From the human T2T-CHM13v2.0 reference genome, Homo sapiens, in assembly GCF_009914755.1 (NCBI RefSeq), contig NC_060927.1: 64,000 nt of DNA, one strand, 5' to 3'. The notes under the pieces were generated by a model. That model searched no databases. It had not been told where the DNA came from and saw only the letters and a list, made by a program, of their open reading frames with translations. A program made the position numbers and the translations under genes. This document shows, piece by piece, positions 26,801-40,401 of this stretch; within the stretch, counting starts at the first letter, position 1, and every line of letters begins with the position of its first letter.

Positions 26801-29208
26801 CTTGTCGAACTGATCCTTTTATCATTATATAAGGTCTTTCTTTGTCTATTTTTTTCATTGACTGTTGTTGCTTTAAAGTCTGTTTTGCCTCATATAAGAA
26901 TAGTTACTTATGTTTGTTTTTGGTTTCCATTTGCATGGAATATATTTTTCCATCCCATACCTTGAGTTTATATAAATCCTTATGTGTTAGGTAGTTCTCT
27001 TTGAAGACAGCAGATATTTGATTTGTTGCATTTTTTAATCCATTCTGTAATTCTGTATCTTTTAAGTGGGGCATTTAGGTGATTTACATTTAACATTAAT
27101 ATTGAGATGTGAGATACTGAACTATGAATCATATTAGTTGTCACATGGATACTTTGTTTTCTTCATTGTGTTATTCTTTTATAGGCCCTGTAAGTTTTAT
27201 GCTTTTGGGAGTTTATATTTTAGTGCATATGGAGCTTCTGTTTCAAGATTTAGAATTCTTCTTGGCACTTCTTGTAGTGCTGGTTTGGTAGTGGCAGATT
27301 CCCTCAGCATTTGTTTGTCTGAGAAAGATTTTGTGTCTCCTTCATTTACGAAGATTAGTTTTGTTGGATACAAAATTCTTGGCTGAAAATTATTCTTCTT
27401 AAGTAGGCTAAAGATAGGGTCCTAATTCCTTCTAGTTTGTAAGTTTTCTACTGAGAAGTCTGCTGTTAGTCTGAAAGGTTTTTCTGAGTGGGCTTCCTGA
27501 TACTTTTGCCTCACAGCCCTTAGAATTCATTCTTTCATGTTAACTTTAGATAGCCTGATGACTATGTGCCTCGGTGATCTTTGGTGGTGATATTTTTTGC
27601 CATAAATTTCCCAGGAATTCTTTGAGCTTCATGTATTTGAATGCCTAAACCTCTAGCAAGGTCAGAAAAGTTTTCCTCAGTTTTTCCCTCAAATACATTT
27701 TCCAAACTTTTAGCCTTCTCTTCTCTCTCAGGAACACCAATTATTCTTAGGGTTGGCTACTTTAAATAATCCGATATTTATTGGAGGCTTTACTCGTTTA
27801 TTTTTTATTCTTATTTTAAAATCTTTGTCTGATTAATCAAAAGCCTTGTCTTTGAGCTCTGAAATTCTTTCTTACTGCTGTTCCAGTCTATTGAAACTTT
27901 CCACTGCATTTTGCATTTCCCTAAATGTGCCTTTCATTTCCAGAAGTTCTGATTGTTTTTTCTTTATGATTTCTATCTGTCTGTGAAAATTTTCTTTCAT
28001 ATCCTGAATTGCTTTTAAATTTCTCTGTGTTGGTTTTCACATTTCTCTGGTATCTCCTTGACTAGCTTAATAATCAACCTTCTGAATTTTTTATATAGCA
28101 TTTCAAATATTTCATCTTCGTTTGGATCCATTGCTGGAGAGCTAGTGTGATCTTTTGGGGATGTCTCAGAACCCTGTTTTGTCATATTACCAGAATTACT
28201 TTTCTGCTTCCTTCTTATTTGGATAGGCCATTTATTCAAATTATTCTTGACTTTATTTTTAATTTGACTGTGTTTTTTATATTTCTTTTTTTCCCCTCTT
28301 AAGGATGTGACTTTAATGTTTATAGTTTGTTATAGCCTAATTTGATGCTTTTAGAAGTGAAAATTTTATATAGGTTCCTTGAGAGAGTCATGGTGTGCTG
28401 GCTTTTTTAGATGCTGGCTGTAGTAGTATGTACTTGGTGTGTGGAAAAGTTCACTGTCTCCTATGGGGTTGAAATGCAAGGATCTCTTGAACGTCATCTC
28501 ATTCTCCCCCCATGGTGTGCACTTCATTTATTTATTTATTTTTTCCTCAGTATTTGATTTACTGAGTTGATAATTCAAGCTTCAGGGGAGTAAGAGAGGT
28601 ACCCCTGGGTAGGAACTGTTTGTAGCTAAACAAGGTGGGTAGATGCAATGCCTAATGTTTGGTAGAGGTCCCCACCTTGATGAAAGTGGCTAGGGGAGTT
28701 CTCAATTAGATGTACTGAGGTTTCATCAGAGTGAAGAGTGAGAGCTATTTCAGCTCCCCTGCCAGGCTAGAAGAAAATTTATCCACCTCCCAACCTCACT
28801 CCTGTCCCAGTGTTCTGGCTATTCAGATCAGACAGACACCTCTTCTTATCTATAAGAATGTTAATGTTCCAGGTTGAAAGGAACTGTGACTTTCCCTCTT
28901 CTGCGAGCCTGATCCTGGGGATTGCTCCTCCTGTGAGGATGCAATCACCCCGAATTGTTTCAGGAAGGCTCTCCATAGGTGCATTTACACTGAGTTCCTA
29001 TGAGAGAAACCTCAGCGGTGTCTGCAGTGGTAGATAAGGGAAGAACAAGAACCCCTTCTTCAAGACCCTTCATAAGCACGAAGGCTGTCTGACTGTTGGG
29101 TTAGAGATGCAGACTCCAGCACTGCAACTGTGTCTCTGCTGTAAGACACTTCCCACCAGCAGAAAGATATGGGAATCAAGGGCTGCTGTCTGGATTATTT
29201 TGTCCCAT

Positions 29209-30639
29209 TGAGAGATGACAGCATGCTGGCAGTCCTCACAGCCCTCGCTCGCTCTAGGCTCCTCCTCTGCCTGGGTTCCCACTTTGGCGGCACTTGCGGA
29301 GCCCTTCAGCCCACCGCTGCACTGTGGGAGCCCCTTTCTGGGCTGGCTGAGGCCGGAGCCCACTCCCTCAGCTTGCAGGGAGGTGTGGAGGGAGAGGCGC
29401 CAGCGGGAACCGGGGCTGAGTGCGTCGCTTGCGGGCCAGCTGGAGTTCCGGGTGGGCGTGGGCTTGGCGGGCTCCGCACTCGGAGCAGCCGGCCGGCCAG
29501 CCCTGCCGGCCCCGGGCAATGAGGGGCTTAGCACCCGGGCCAGTGGCTGCGGAGGGTGTACTGGGTCCCCCAGCAGTGCCGGCCCGTCCGTCGGCGCTGC
29601 GCTCGATTTCTCGCGGGGCCTTAGCTGCCTTCCCGCGGGGCAGGGCTCGGGACCTGCAGCCTGCCATGCCTGAGCCTCCCATCCACTCCGTGGGCTCCTG
29701 TGCCGCCAGAGCCTCCCCGATGAGGGCCGCCCGCTGCTCCACGGTGCCTAGTCCCCTGACACCCAAGAGCTGAGGAGTGTGGGTGCACCGGGCGGGACTG
29801 GCAGGCAGCTCTACCTGCAGCCCCAGTGCGGGATCCACTGGGTGAAGCCAGCTGGGCTCCTGAGCCTGGTGGAGAGGTGGAGAACCTTTATGTCTAGCTC
29901 AGGGATTGTAAATACACCAATGGACACTGTGTATCTAGCTCAAGGTTTGTTAACACACCAATCAGCACCCTGTGTCTAGCTCAGAGTTTGTGAGTGCACC
30001 AATCCACACTCTGTATCTAGCTGCTCTGGTGGGGCCTTGGAGAACCTTTGTGTCCACACTCTGTATCTAGTTAATCTAGTGGGGACGTAGAGAACCTTTG
30101 TGTCTAGCTCAGGGATTGTAAATGCACCAATCAGCACCCTGTCAAAACAGACCACTCAGCTCTACCAATCAGCAGGATGTGGGTGGGGCCAGATAAGAGA
30201 ATAAAAGCAGGCTGCCCCAGCCAGCAGTGGCAACCTGCTCGGGTCCCCTCCCACACTTTGGAGGCTTTGTTCTTTTGCTCTTTGCAATAAATCTTGCTAC
30301 TGCTCACTCTTTGAGTCCACGCTGCTTTTATGAGCTTAACACTCACTGGGAAAGTCTGCAGCTTCCCTCCTGAAGCCAGCGCGACCAGGAGCCCACGGGG
30401 AGGAAAGAACAACTCCAGACGCGCTGCCTTAAGAGCTGTAACACAGCGAAGGTCTGCAGCTTAACTCCTGAGCCAGCAAGACCACGAACCCACCAGAAGG
30501 ATGAAACTCCGAACACATCCAAACATCAGAAGGAACAAACTCCAGACATGCCACCTTAAGAGCTGTAACACTCACCGCAAGGGTCCGTGGCTTCATTCTT
30601 GAAGTCAGTGAGACCAAGAACCCACCAATTCCGGACACA
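29209..30639 (+). mobile_element. LTR12C solo LTR inserted in the L1PB 5' region
   Basis: TGAGAGATGACAGCATGCTGGCAG...CCAATTCCGGACACA, with a CpG-rich U3, CCAAT repeats and a TATA-like aataaaag at ~30200. Perfect TSD CCAT. Confidence 0.96.
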
Positions 30640-30885
30640 CCATGGGGTGTTCCCTTGATGTAGTGTTCTCTCCTTTTTCCTAGGAGTAGGAATTCCTGAG
30701 AGCCAGACTACAGCGATTGCTATAGCTCTTCTGGGTCTAGCCATCTAATAACACTGCCACACTCTAGGTTGGTGCTAGGGAATGTCTGCAAGGGGTCCAG
30801 TGATGCGAGCTGTGTTCAACATTCCCATCAATGGATACCAGCACCAACCCTGATGGAGGTGGCAGGGGAGTGATGTAGACTGTGA

Positions 30886-31207
<322 letters not shown>

Positions 31208-32400
31208 TAGTGTGCTGGCTTTCTTTTATGCAAGTTATAATCGTAGTGAACTTGTTTTGCAGACAAACTCAGGATCTCGGGTTAGCCATGGTGTTGCAGT
31301 CAGTGAGGAGAGCTGAGGTCATGCAGCCATTTTCTCTTTCCTGAGTGCAGTGTTATTTTACCTAGAGATGCTGCAATAGACTGTATCAGTTAGCCTCCAG
31401 CCGGGAGGTGGTTCTTGCAAAAAAGCACCAGCTGTGGTAGTAGCGGTGGGATTTGAGCATGCCCTAAATTTCCCCGGGGAAGTGTTCTGGTTTCTTACGG
31501 GATTGGTGGGACTATAAAATTCTTAAAAGTTTATGTTCTTTGTGTTAAGCTACCAGGGAGGGTGGAGGGGCACCGCTAGATGGGGGCAAGTTTAGGTGGG
31601 TCTTCATTTTGAAATCTCTTTGAAAGGGGCAAGCCACAGCCCCTGTGAGAGTCAGGGGATGCTTCTCAGGCCACTAGGTTAAGATTCCAGAGAGGAAATA
31701 ACTGCCTCTGCTGCACAGAAGAGTTTGCAAAGGGAGTAGGGGATAGCAGGCAGCAGTAAGCCTCACCCAAATCCTATACAGTTGGCAAGGCAGCTCTCAT
31801 TCCCTCAGTGCTTTGCTAATAGCACCAGGTTAAGATCCAGGCAGTCTGCATACAGAACTCAGACCTGCCCCAAGCCATAAGCTTTCCCTGCAGAGATAGC
31901 ATGGCTTACAGGCCATGTCCCTCCCCATCTGCCTATAAGGCCAGGTAGCCAGTGAGATATAATCAGGAATGGCTTCCCGTGGCCCATGCTGGAGCCTGGG
32001 AATGCCTGCAAGCCATTTCCCATTGCTACTTCTACTTTTATATTTCTCACCACTCTCTACATCAATTCCAGCTCTGGGTGAGGTTAAAGCCTTCTCTCAT
32101 GGCATGTATTTTCAGGTTCCCTGTGGGAATGTGTATTCTGGAAGAAGTCTCTATGCCTCTCACACTCTAGGGACTTAAGAGTTTTTCACTGGTCTCGTGG
32201 AGTAGGCTTCAGCATGCTCCTTCTTTCAAAGGGTCTGTGGATTCTTTTGGTTTTCCTATTAAGTTCCTGCATTGTTTCTTAGAAAAAAGTTCACAGTGTG
32301 AATCTCTACACATTATTCTTTCCTTCCAAGTGGGAGAGGCATGCTAACACTGCTTCCAATCCACAATCTTGGGGAAAAGAAAAAATGATTTGTTTTCTTT

Positions 32401-33923
32401 TGTATATATATCCTGCAATGGTATTGCCAGGTAAAATAGTAGTTCTAAGTTCATTGAGAATTTCCAAACTACTTTCCACAGTGGTTGAACTAATTTACTT
32501 TCCCACGTAAAGTGTATAAGCATTTCCCTTTCTCTGCCAGCATTTGTTGTTTATTGATTTTTTAATCATAGCTATTCTGACCAGTATGAGATGGTATCTC
32601 ATTGTGGTTTTTGAATTGCATTTCTCTGGTGATTAGTGATGTGAGTGATATGGATCATTTTTCACACATTGTTTTGGTAGCATGTATGTCTGCTTTGGAA
32701 AAGTATCTTTTCATGTCCTATGCCCATTTTTAATGGGGTTATTTGTTTTTTTCTTGTTTAATTGTTTAAGTTTCTTATCGTTTCTGGATATTAGACCTTT
32801 GTTGGATGAATAGTTTGAGATATTTTCTCTCCTTTGGTAGGTTGTCTGTTTACTCTGTTGATGGTTTCTTTTGCAGTGCAGAAGCTCATTAGTTTAATTA
32901 GGTTCCACTTGTCAATTTTTGTTTTGTTGCAATTCCTTTTGAAAACTTAATCATAAATTATTTCCCAAAGCTAATGTCAGGAAGAGTATTTCCTGGGTTT
33001 TCTTCAGGACTCTTACAGTTTGAGGTCTTATGTTTAAATCTTTAATCCATTTCGAGTTAATATTTGTATATGGTGTAAAGTATGGGTCCAATTTCATTCT
33101 TCTGCACATAGCTAGCCAGTTATCCCAGCACTATTAATAGAATAGGGGATTCTTTTCCCATTCCTTATTTTTGTCAACTTTGTCAAAGATCAGATGGCTG
33201 TAGGTGTGTAGCTTTATTTCTGGGTTCTCTGTTCTGTTTCATTGGTATATGTGTCTCTCTTTATACCAGTACAATGCTGTTTGGTTACTGTTGCCTTATA
33301 GTGTAGTTTGAAGTCAGGTAATGTGATGCTTCTGGTTTTGCTGTTTTTGCTTAGGGTTGCTTTGGCTATATGGGCTCTTTTTTAGTTTCATATGAATTTT
33401 AAAATAGTTTTCTCTAGTTGTATAAAAAATGTCATTGGTAGTTTGATAGAAATAGCATTGAATCTGGAAGTTTCTTTTGGCAGTATGACCATTTTAGCAA
33501 TATTGAATTTTCCACTCTATGGGAAAGGACTGTTTATCCACTTGTTTGTGTCATCTATAATTTCTTTTAGTAGTGTTTTGCATTTCTCCTTGTAGATATC
33601 ATTCACCTCCTTGGTTATATATATTCTTGTGTTTTAATTTTTTGTGGCTGTTATAAATGGGATTTTTCTGATTTTGTTTTCAGCTTGAATGTTATTGGCA
33701 TAGAAAAATGCTACTAATTTTTGTACATTGATTTTATATGCACAAACTTTACTAAAGTCATGTATCAGTTCCAGGAGCCTTTTTGTAAAGTCCTTAAGGT
33801 TTTCTAGGTATACAATTATATCAATTATGTCATCCACAAAGAGAGATAGTTTGACTTCTTTTCCTATTTGAATATCTTTTATTCCTCTTTCCTGATGGGA
33901 TGGCTAGCACTTCCAATACTATA
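32401..33923 (-). mobile_element. L1PA15/16-like host element, part 2 (ORF2 3' half)
   Basis: Continues the sequence interrupted at 22829. RT-region remnant IVYLENLKD...YKINVQK. Confidence 0.88.
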
Positions 33924-34303
33924 CCAAATCCAGCAAAGCAATCCGAAGAAGAAAGCTACAAGCCAATATCTCTGATGAATAGAGACACAAAAGCCCTCAA
34001 CAAAATAATAGCAAACCAAATCCAATATCACATCAAAACTTAACTCACCATGATTAATCAGACTTCTTTCCTGGGATGCAAGATTGTTTCACCATTTGTA
34101 AATCAATAAATGTGATTCACCACATAAACAGAATTAAAATCAAACATCCCTTCATAATAAAAACTCTCAACAGACTAGCCAGCAAGGGAACATACCTCAC
34201 AGTAATAAGAGCCATCTATTACAAACCCACGGTCAACTTCATAGTGAATGGGAACAAACTGGAAGCATTCTCCTTGAGAACTGGAACAAGACAAGGAAGG
34301 CAC
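33924..34303 (+). mobile_element. Inverted 5' segment of the host L1 (twin-priming inversion)
   Basis: Sense ORF2 ([11 protein letters not shown]...[13 protein letters not shown]) covers the L1 region immediately upstream of where the minus-strand part stops. Confidence 0.85.
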
Positions 34304-34603
34304 CATGCTTTTTGGAACTTTGTACCTACTCAAGATGGCCATTAATTGCCCATGGGCTTCTGATGGAAAAACAAAAACAAAAACAAACAAACCTGCCTTC
34401 TATCAAAAACAACAAAAACAACAACAAAATTCCCCCCCAACCCCACCAAAGAAAAACAAACAAACCCAAACCTTAATAGAATTACTACTGGCCATATATC
34501 AGGTCTTATGGAAGACTTAAACTCACAGGTCTTTAACAAGTGACCCTTTGGACTCATCTTCACATTATACCTTTGGCCATGGAGAGGGCAATTACTGGGT
34601 TGG

Positions 34604-34979
34604 TTTATTAGTCTGTTCTCATGCTGCTAATAAAGACATACCCGAGACTGGATAATTTATAAAGAAAAGAGGTTTAATTGACTCAAAGTTTTGCATGGTT
34701 GGGGAGGCCTCAAGAAACTTACAATCATGGTGGAAGGGGAAGCAAACAGTACTCCCTTACATGTCAGCAAGAGACACAATGGGAGCCAAGCGAAGGAGGA
34801 AGCCTGGAAGCCCCTTATAAAACCATCAAATCTCATGAGAACTCACTCACTATCACGGGAACAGCATAGGGGAAACTGCCCTTATGATTCAATTATCTCA
34901 ACCTGGTCCCATCATTGACACGTGGGTATTATTACAATTCAAGATGAGTTTTGGGTGGGGACATAACCAAACCATATCC
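34604..34979 (-). mobile_element. THE1 (C/D-like) solo LTR
   Basis: tattagtctgttctcatgctgctaataaagacatacccgagactgg...ccaaaccatatc, with near TSD gttgg/gctgg. Confidence 0.92.
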
Positions 34980-36486
34980 GCTGGAAAGGCCATAAAAGCT
35001 TTCTAGTTAAAATTCAAGTGACATCTTTTGATAAAGCCAGACTTGAGCCTTGTGCTGTATCCCTCTGCAGGAAGGAGTGGCTTTCCCTTATCTTCAGTTT
35101 TGCCTGAGACTGTGATTTCAGAGTAGGCCACCTCTCTTCTGAAGTTATTGGCCATTATGGGGAAGGTACTCTAGGAACAAAGTAAAGAAGAAAAAGTTTT
35201 TATGCTAGGAGGAGGGTGCCAACCTTAAAAGAGATGGGGCTTTCTGGAGAGTAAATGAGAAAAACATTATACATATGATAAAATTCAGAAAAAATAATTT
35301 CAGCATTCTATGTTACCTATTTCCAAAATATCCTGTATCTTATGTATATATATGAAAATACACTGCACAATTCTGTAGAATACACTGTGCTATCAATTTT
35401 ATGATGTATTACTTTATGATTGATGTTCCCATATTTTTCAGAACTTTTATCCTCAGTATTACAGACTAAATTGTTATTGGTATTGATTTGTAGGAGGATG
35501 CACCTATTTAGGGAAAAACTGAACTTTGTACTCAGATAAGAAAAATCAATCTTAATACTGTAGCTGTTTCAAGTATAATATTTTGCTTAAGTTTTTATGT
35601 TTAGAACATTTTAAAAGTATATATACCCAAACACAGACATTTCAAAATATATTGCACAACACATTTTAAAGACTTTTGAAAGAGTAAAAGAATACGCTTT
35701 TCTCAGATGGTATTTGGGTCCAATCAATTAAGTAAGGACCAAACTTCTGATTTGTTATTTTTAAAAATTTGTATTGATGGTTTTTACATTTAGTTTCACT
35801 GCAATGAGCCCAGTTTTCTCTTTAAAGTAATGAGTACCCTGCAATGAGTTTTATTGAGTTGACAGATGTTTACATATGAATAATCAAATACGTACATAAA
35901 TAAACATTTAGTACCTATAGAAGTGCAATTGGAGCAAAGAGAGGAGATAAAATGAAAAATAGATTACATCTTAGTAAACTCATGCAGAAAGGGTGTGAAT
36001 TATACAACTTTAGGGTACATTTGCCACTAGATTAATGAACATTTATTCACAAAATTCTCAAAGAAGAAAAATGAGCAAATACTAATTACATTTCTCATTT
36101 AATATATTATCAATTTATATGTGTGAATAAGTTGTGTACTTAAAAGACCAGCAGGCAAATTTTTAATAAGAAATGATATTATGATCTTGTTTTAATGTTT
36201 AGTTACATATGGAAAAACACGGGAGTTTAAAATTCTTACATCAAATCCAAAAAGTTACCTTGCACAGGAACAACAGAGACTACATATATGAAAGTTTTGA
36301 TGTTGTAACTCTACTGTAGCTTTAAAAAATTCTACTTTTGTGTTTTATTTGCAAATATCACCTTTATTATGCTTCTCGATGCCGAGGATATTTTCCATAC
36401 CAATTGAATGTGAAACAATCCAAAGTTTCATTTTAAAGATAACTGTGAGCATTTTCTTCCACAAATTTTAAAAACAGCCCTAGGCA

Positions 36487-36688
36487 GAAAAATAACAGAT
36501 ATTTGGTATTCCAAGAGAGGGAGACTGAGAGAAGGTGGAAAGCTACCTATTGGGTACAATGTTCACTATTGAGGTGACCAGCACACTAAAAGCCCAAACT
36601 TCACCATTACACAATATATCTACGTAACAAACCTGCATACGTGCTCCCTGAATCTATAAAAACAACACAAAACCAACAACAAAAAAAA
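36487..36688 (+). mobile_element. Old L1 3' end (L1PB/L1PA16-type)
   Basis: ctacctattgggtacaatgttcactatt...gtaacaaacctgcatacgtgctccctgaatcta followed by an A-rich tail. Confidence 0.85.
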
Positions 36689-36809
36689 GCTCTAGCTCTT
36701 TTTTTACCTTTAGAAGTATTCATGTCCAATATTCTCAAATGAGTGGAAATATATTCTACATAAACTCTTTAGATCCCAATGATGTTGCAATCAAAGAAAT
36801 ACCTGATAT

Positions 36810-37286
36810 TGTTAACAAAAGCCAATGAGGTCTTCAGAGGAAAAACAAAGGAGAGTTTTGTTTTTAAAACAAAAACAAAAAGCAATATTCAGATAGGGGA
36901 GACACCTTTGAAACAAATGTGAAGTAAGCTCCAGATAACAAAGAGCAGGCCTTGCTTAATGAATAGGGAAAGTCTCTGCCTCAGCCCTCAATGAGGTCCA
37001 CATATGCATATGAAGAATTCCAACTTGTTCAGTCCTAATTGGTTGAATACAGTTAAGTTCTGACTGGGTAGTTTCCAAGCTCAAACCAGAAGTCTTTTTT
37101 AGCTGCCCCTTTCAGGCCGCTGGTGGAAGGAGTTTTCCCACCAGAGCTTGAGCTCCAGTTACAGGAACCATCTTAACTCAGAGGTGCAAACAAGATGTTC
37201 CTCTGAAGCTGCCCTCTCTGGGAACAAAGTGGGTGTGACCACCCTTCTCTCATTCACCTTGGCCGATGGGTTAGTTTCATTTCACA
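36810..37286 (-). mobile_element. ERV1 solo LTR (MER67/MER31-like)
   Basis: TG...CA termini with a perfect 4-bp TSD ATAT. It contains CCAAT-like and octamer-like motifs. The family assignment is tentative. Confidence 0.6.
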
Positions 37287-38939
37287 ATATACAGAAACAA
37301 TTGACAGAAGACAAAGATACAATAAAAAGTGTTTTTGAGTACATTTCTGTTTTTTCAAGGGATGAGGAATCATTTAACTTCAAAATCGGGCCAGAAATTA
37401 ACAAAATCAACAAGTTGATCTTAAAATCATTGAGATATGTTATTGATACTTACATTTGTTGCACTTTGATTTGCTACAGTATGGTTCTCATGATACCAAA
37501 CGTATGATCTTGGTCTTGAAAATTATATGATTCACAAATGATCACCAGACACTTTTGAAATACAAGTATAGGTGGCAGTTGATGGGATTGTGATCAACTC
37601 TTTGTAACTCTACTAAGAGCTAACCATTTCAAAAAAAATCTCAACATATATGTTGGCAGCAGTTACTTCTGAAAAAAAAGGACAAAAAACTTTGCAAAAC
37701 ACCTGTAGGTGGTTTCTTAAAGTTTTTATGTTGAGAACTCACAATTTTCTCAGTTGCCTTCCCAAACACTAGAACTCTTTAACTCCTTTTTATGCTACAC
37801 TAATATATTGAAGTTCAAAAATCTTTGAAAAAAAATTATTCCTAGGAGAGAATATTGTAGATGCAGTGCTGTGAATTGTGATAAGGTATCTTACCTGAGC
37901 AAATGATTTAATAGGCTTCACCTTAACTTTCATGTCTCAGCAAGAACTTCTAAGTAAATCTTACATGTTAAAATTTGTTTGGAGAAGAAAGAAACGGTGT
38001 TTGTGAATTTCAATTTGAATCAGAAGACATTTTGACATTATTCATGTGGAAAATATTTATGTGCATAAAACAAACAAATAAATTAAACATGTTGTTTTGG
38101 TAACCACTTCATTGTATTGTATGACAGTTGTGTGGTAACTGATGTATTATGTAGCAATTGTTTTTCCCAAACAGCTAAATATTTTCCATACACAGTTTCT
38201 TTTTCCAAATGAAAAGTGCAGACAGCTCTAGAAAGTTTTGGAAATTAAAAAAAAATGTTTTTGACCTCCAGATCAAATAATTTTATTAACATTCAGTAAC
38301 ATGAACATTAAAAACACAGCCATCAGCATATTTTCTGCATTCTCCGCACTTATTTTATGTGACTAAGAAATTATGCACACATCCAAAATGGATGTAACCT
38401 TGTAACATATTATAAGCTTTGCTTAACACATAGATAACTGAGAAAAATACATTAATAATTCACCATATTCCCTAATGACAATATACGATCTTTTACTTTA
38501 TTTGGGTGATGGATACCCTTAATTGTGTACTACAATAAAGAAAAATCATATATTTTCTTAAAGCATTAATGAAAAGGTCTTTATACTATCAGATCATCTT
38601 TGCCTTAAATGTAACAGGAATCAAGGAATATTCACTCACTAGCCTTCTAAATTTATCGATCAAATTTAGAATTGTGTGTTTAATAATAGTGTCTATTCAG
38701 AAAAACAGACTCGTCTGCAATGGGTAGTAGATAAACAGACTTTTAACTCATTGAGTTACAGAGGTATATATATTGTCCTTCGAGTTATAGAACTGAAAAG
38801 CCAACAAAGACCTTCAGAAAGAAGGAAACAGAGGAGGAGGGATTATATTTCCTGAAACCAACTCTAAATGAGAAATTATATGAAGGTCTGTTTTATAGAT
38901 AAAATTAAGCCTACAGATAAGTTTTCTAGTACTCACAGT

Positions 38940-38940
<1 letters not shown>

Positions 38941-38972
<32 letters not shown>
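38941..38972 (+). repeat. (GT)16 microsatellite
   Basis: Read directly from the sequence. Confidence 0.97.
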
Positions 38973-38976
<4 letters not shown>

Positions 38977-39756
38977 ATTCATTATATCTAAATTTTAAAA
39001 TTAAATTAAAATTCTTTAAGAAAATTATGCATTAACCAATATGTCACTGCCATCACCATTTCCTATTGTCTTATGCACAGCACAATTCATACAATTATCA
39101 TTTTTAGCAGCTCGTTTAGGTATTTCCATTTCTGGCCCATGCTCTACATAAACTATGCTATCTCTTATTTGAAATAGTGTTCTGTAAAAGCAATGGTCAA
39201 AAAAATATTGGTTTCTGATGTACAACTTTCTATTATCCCCATGATTATAGTTTATTTATATCTAGTCAAATCATTTCATTATAATTTTAATGATAACACC
39301 TTTAAATGTTTTTAATATACTTACTCATTTTTGTATATAACTTGTCAAGGAGTATAAGAGTAAACTTGCTATCTGAAGAGCTACAACCGAAGATAAAGAA
39401 AAATATAAAAACACAGTTTCTGGCTTGAATGTAAAAGGAGAACTATGTGAATAGATTAGTGTTTAAGCAATGAAATGAAGTCTTCACGATAGTTTATGTA
39501 TTTGCCAATTTATGTATAAGCATTTTCTCCCCAAACACAAGTTTATTGCAAAAGCTGCCCTAATTTAATCTTATGTATGACTCAATTTAATCATCTTTTG
39601 ACTGAAGCCAGAGGTTCTTTATACCATCTAGTGCTCACACCTAACAAATGGGGAACAACCATAAGACTGAATAATCAAGCTTACTTGAAGGCCAATCACT
39701 GTTGCCATTTCTATGCATTCCTTCATCTTTAATCACAGTCTTTTTGATTTAGACAA

Positions 39757-40292
39757 CTTATTAGAGTTACTAGTCACAGGCAAGAGAAATCATTGTGAGT
39801 TCTATAAGCAGAAAGGCAATTTATGAAAAGGATACTGAATAGTTCCAAAATCACAGAAAGGGCTGGAGAACTGGTCTGAGGGTTCTCTAGCTTGAAACTG
39901 AACCCCAGGCCCATCCTGCAACAAGACAGCATCACAGCTATTGCTGCTAATCATCACTGAATGCTGAAGCTCTAAAAGCTAACCCCAGATACTAGATCTA
40001 CCACCAACACTGTTGCCACAACTGTCCTGGGAATCTGAATTAGCCACGCCTGCTTCTGTCTCTACTGGGACTCAGTGGTAGCTCCCTTTCTTTCCCTCAC
40101 TATCTCCTAATTCCAAATCTAGGCACATGCTTGCTGTGTTTGACAGAGCCCAGGTCAGGCATCTATGTTCTGCCCATAAGTGATGCTGGGAAAGGATATG
40201 CATGTCACTGACATCGTTCAGTTTGGAATTTCCCAAGCATAGGATAGTAGTTCAAATGGGATATCCAAAAAGACTGATACATGTCCACTACA
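39757..40292 (-). mobile_element. Ancient MLT1-type (MaLR) LTR
   Basis: gcaagagaaa...aagcagaaaggcaatttat...aaggata...ggctggagaac...atgtccactaca resembles old MLT1 LTRs. Confidence 0.5.
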
Positions 40293-40346
40293 ATCACCTG
40301 CAAGTTTTCCCTAAAATTGGAGTCTGACTTCAGAGGCTGATAAAAT

Positions 40347-40401
40347 TAATTTACTTATAAACAGACAGTCTCTACTGGAGACTCTGTTTATAAGTAAATT
40401 A
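40347..40401. repeat. Inverted repeat / hairpin
   Basis: Perfect 19-bp arms taatttacttataaacaga / tctgtttataagtaaatta, plus an inner gtctc/gagac stem. Confidence 0.95.

Noticed and set aside
37148-37507. 119-aa ORF
   Set aside because: It starts at a non-ATG codon within an LTR and runs into AT-rich flank, with no recognisable homology.
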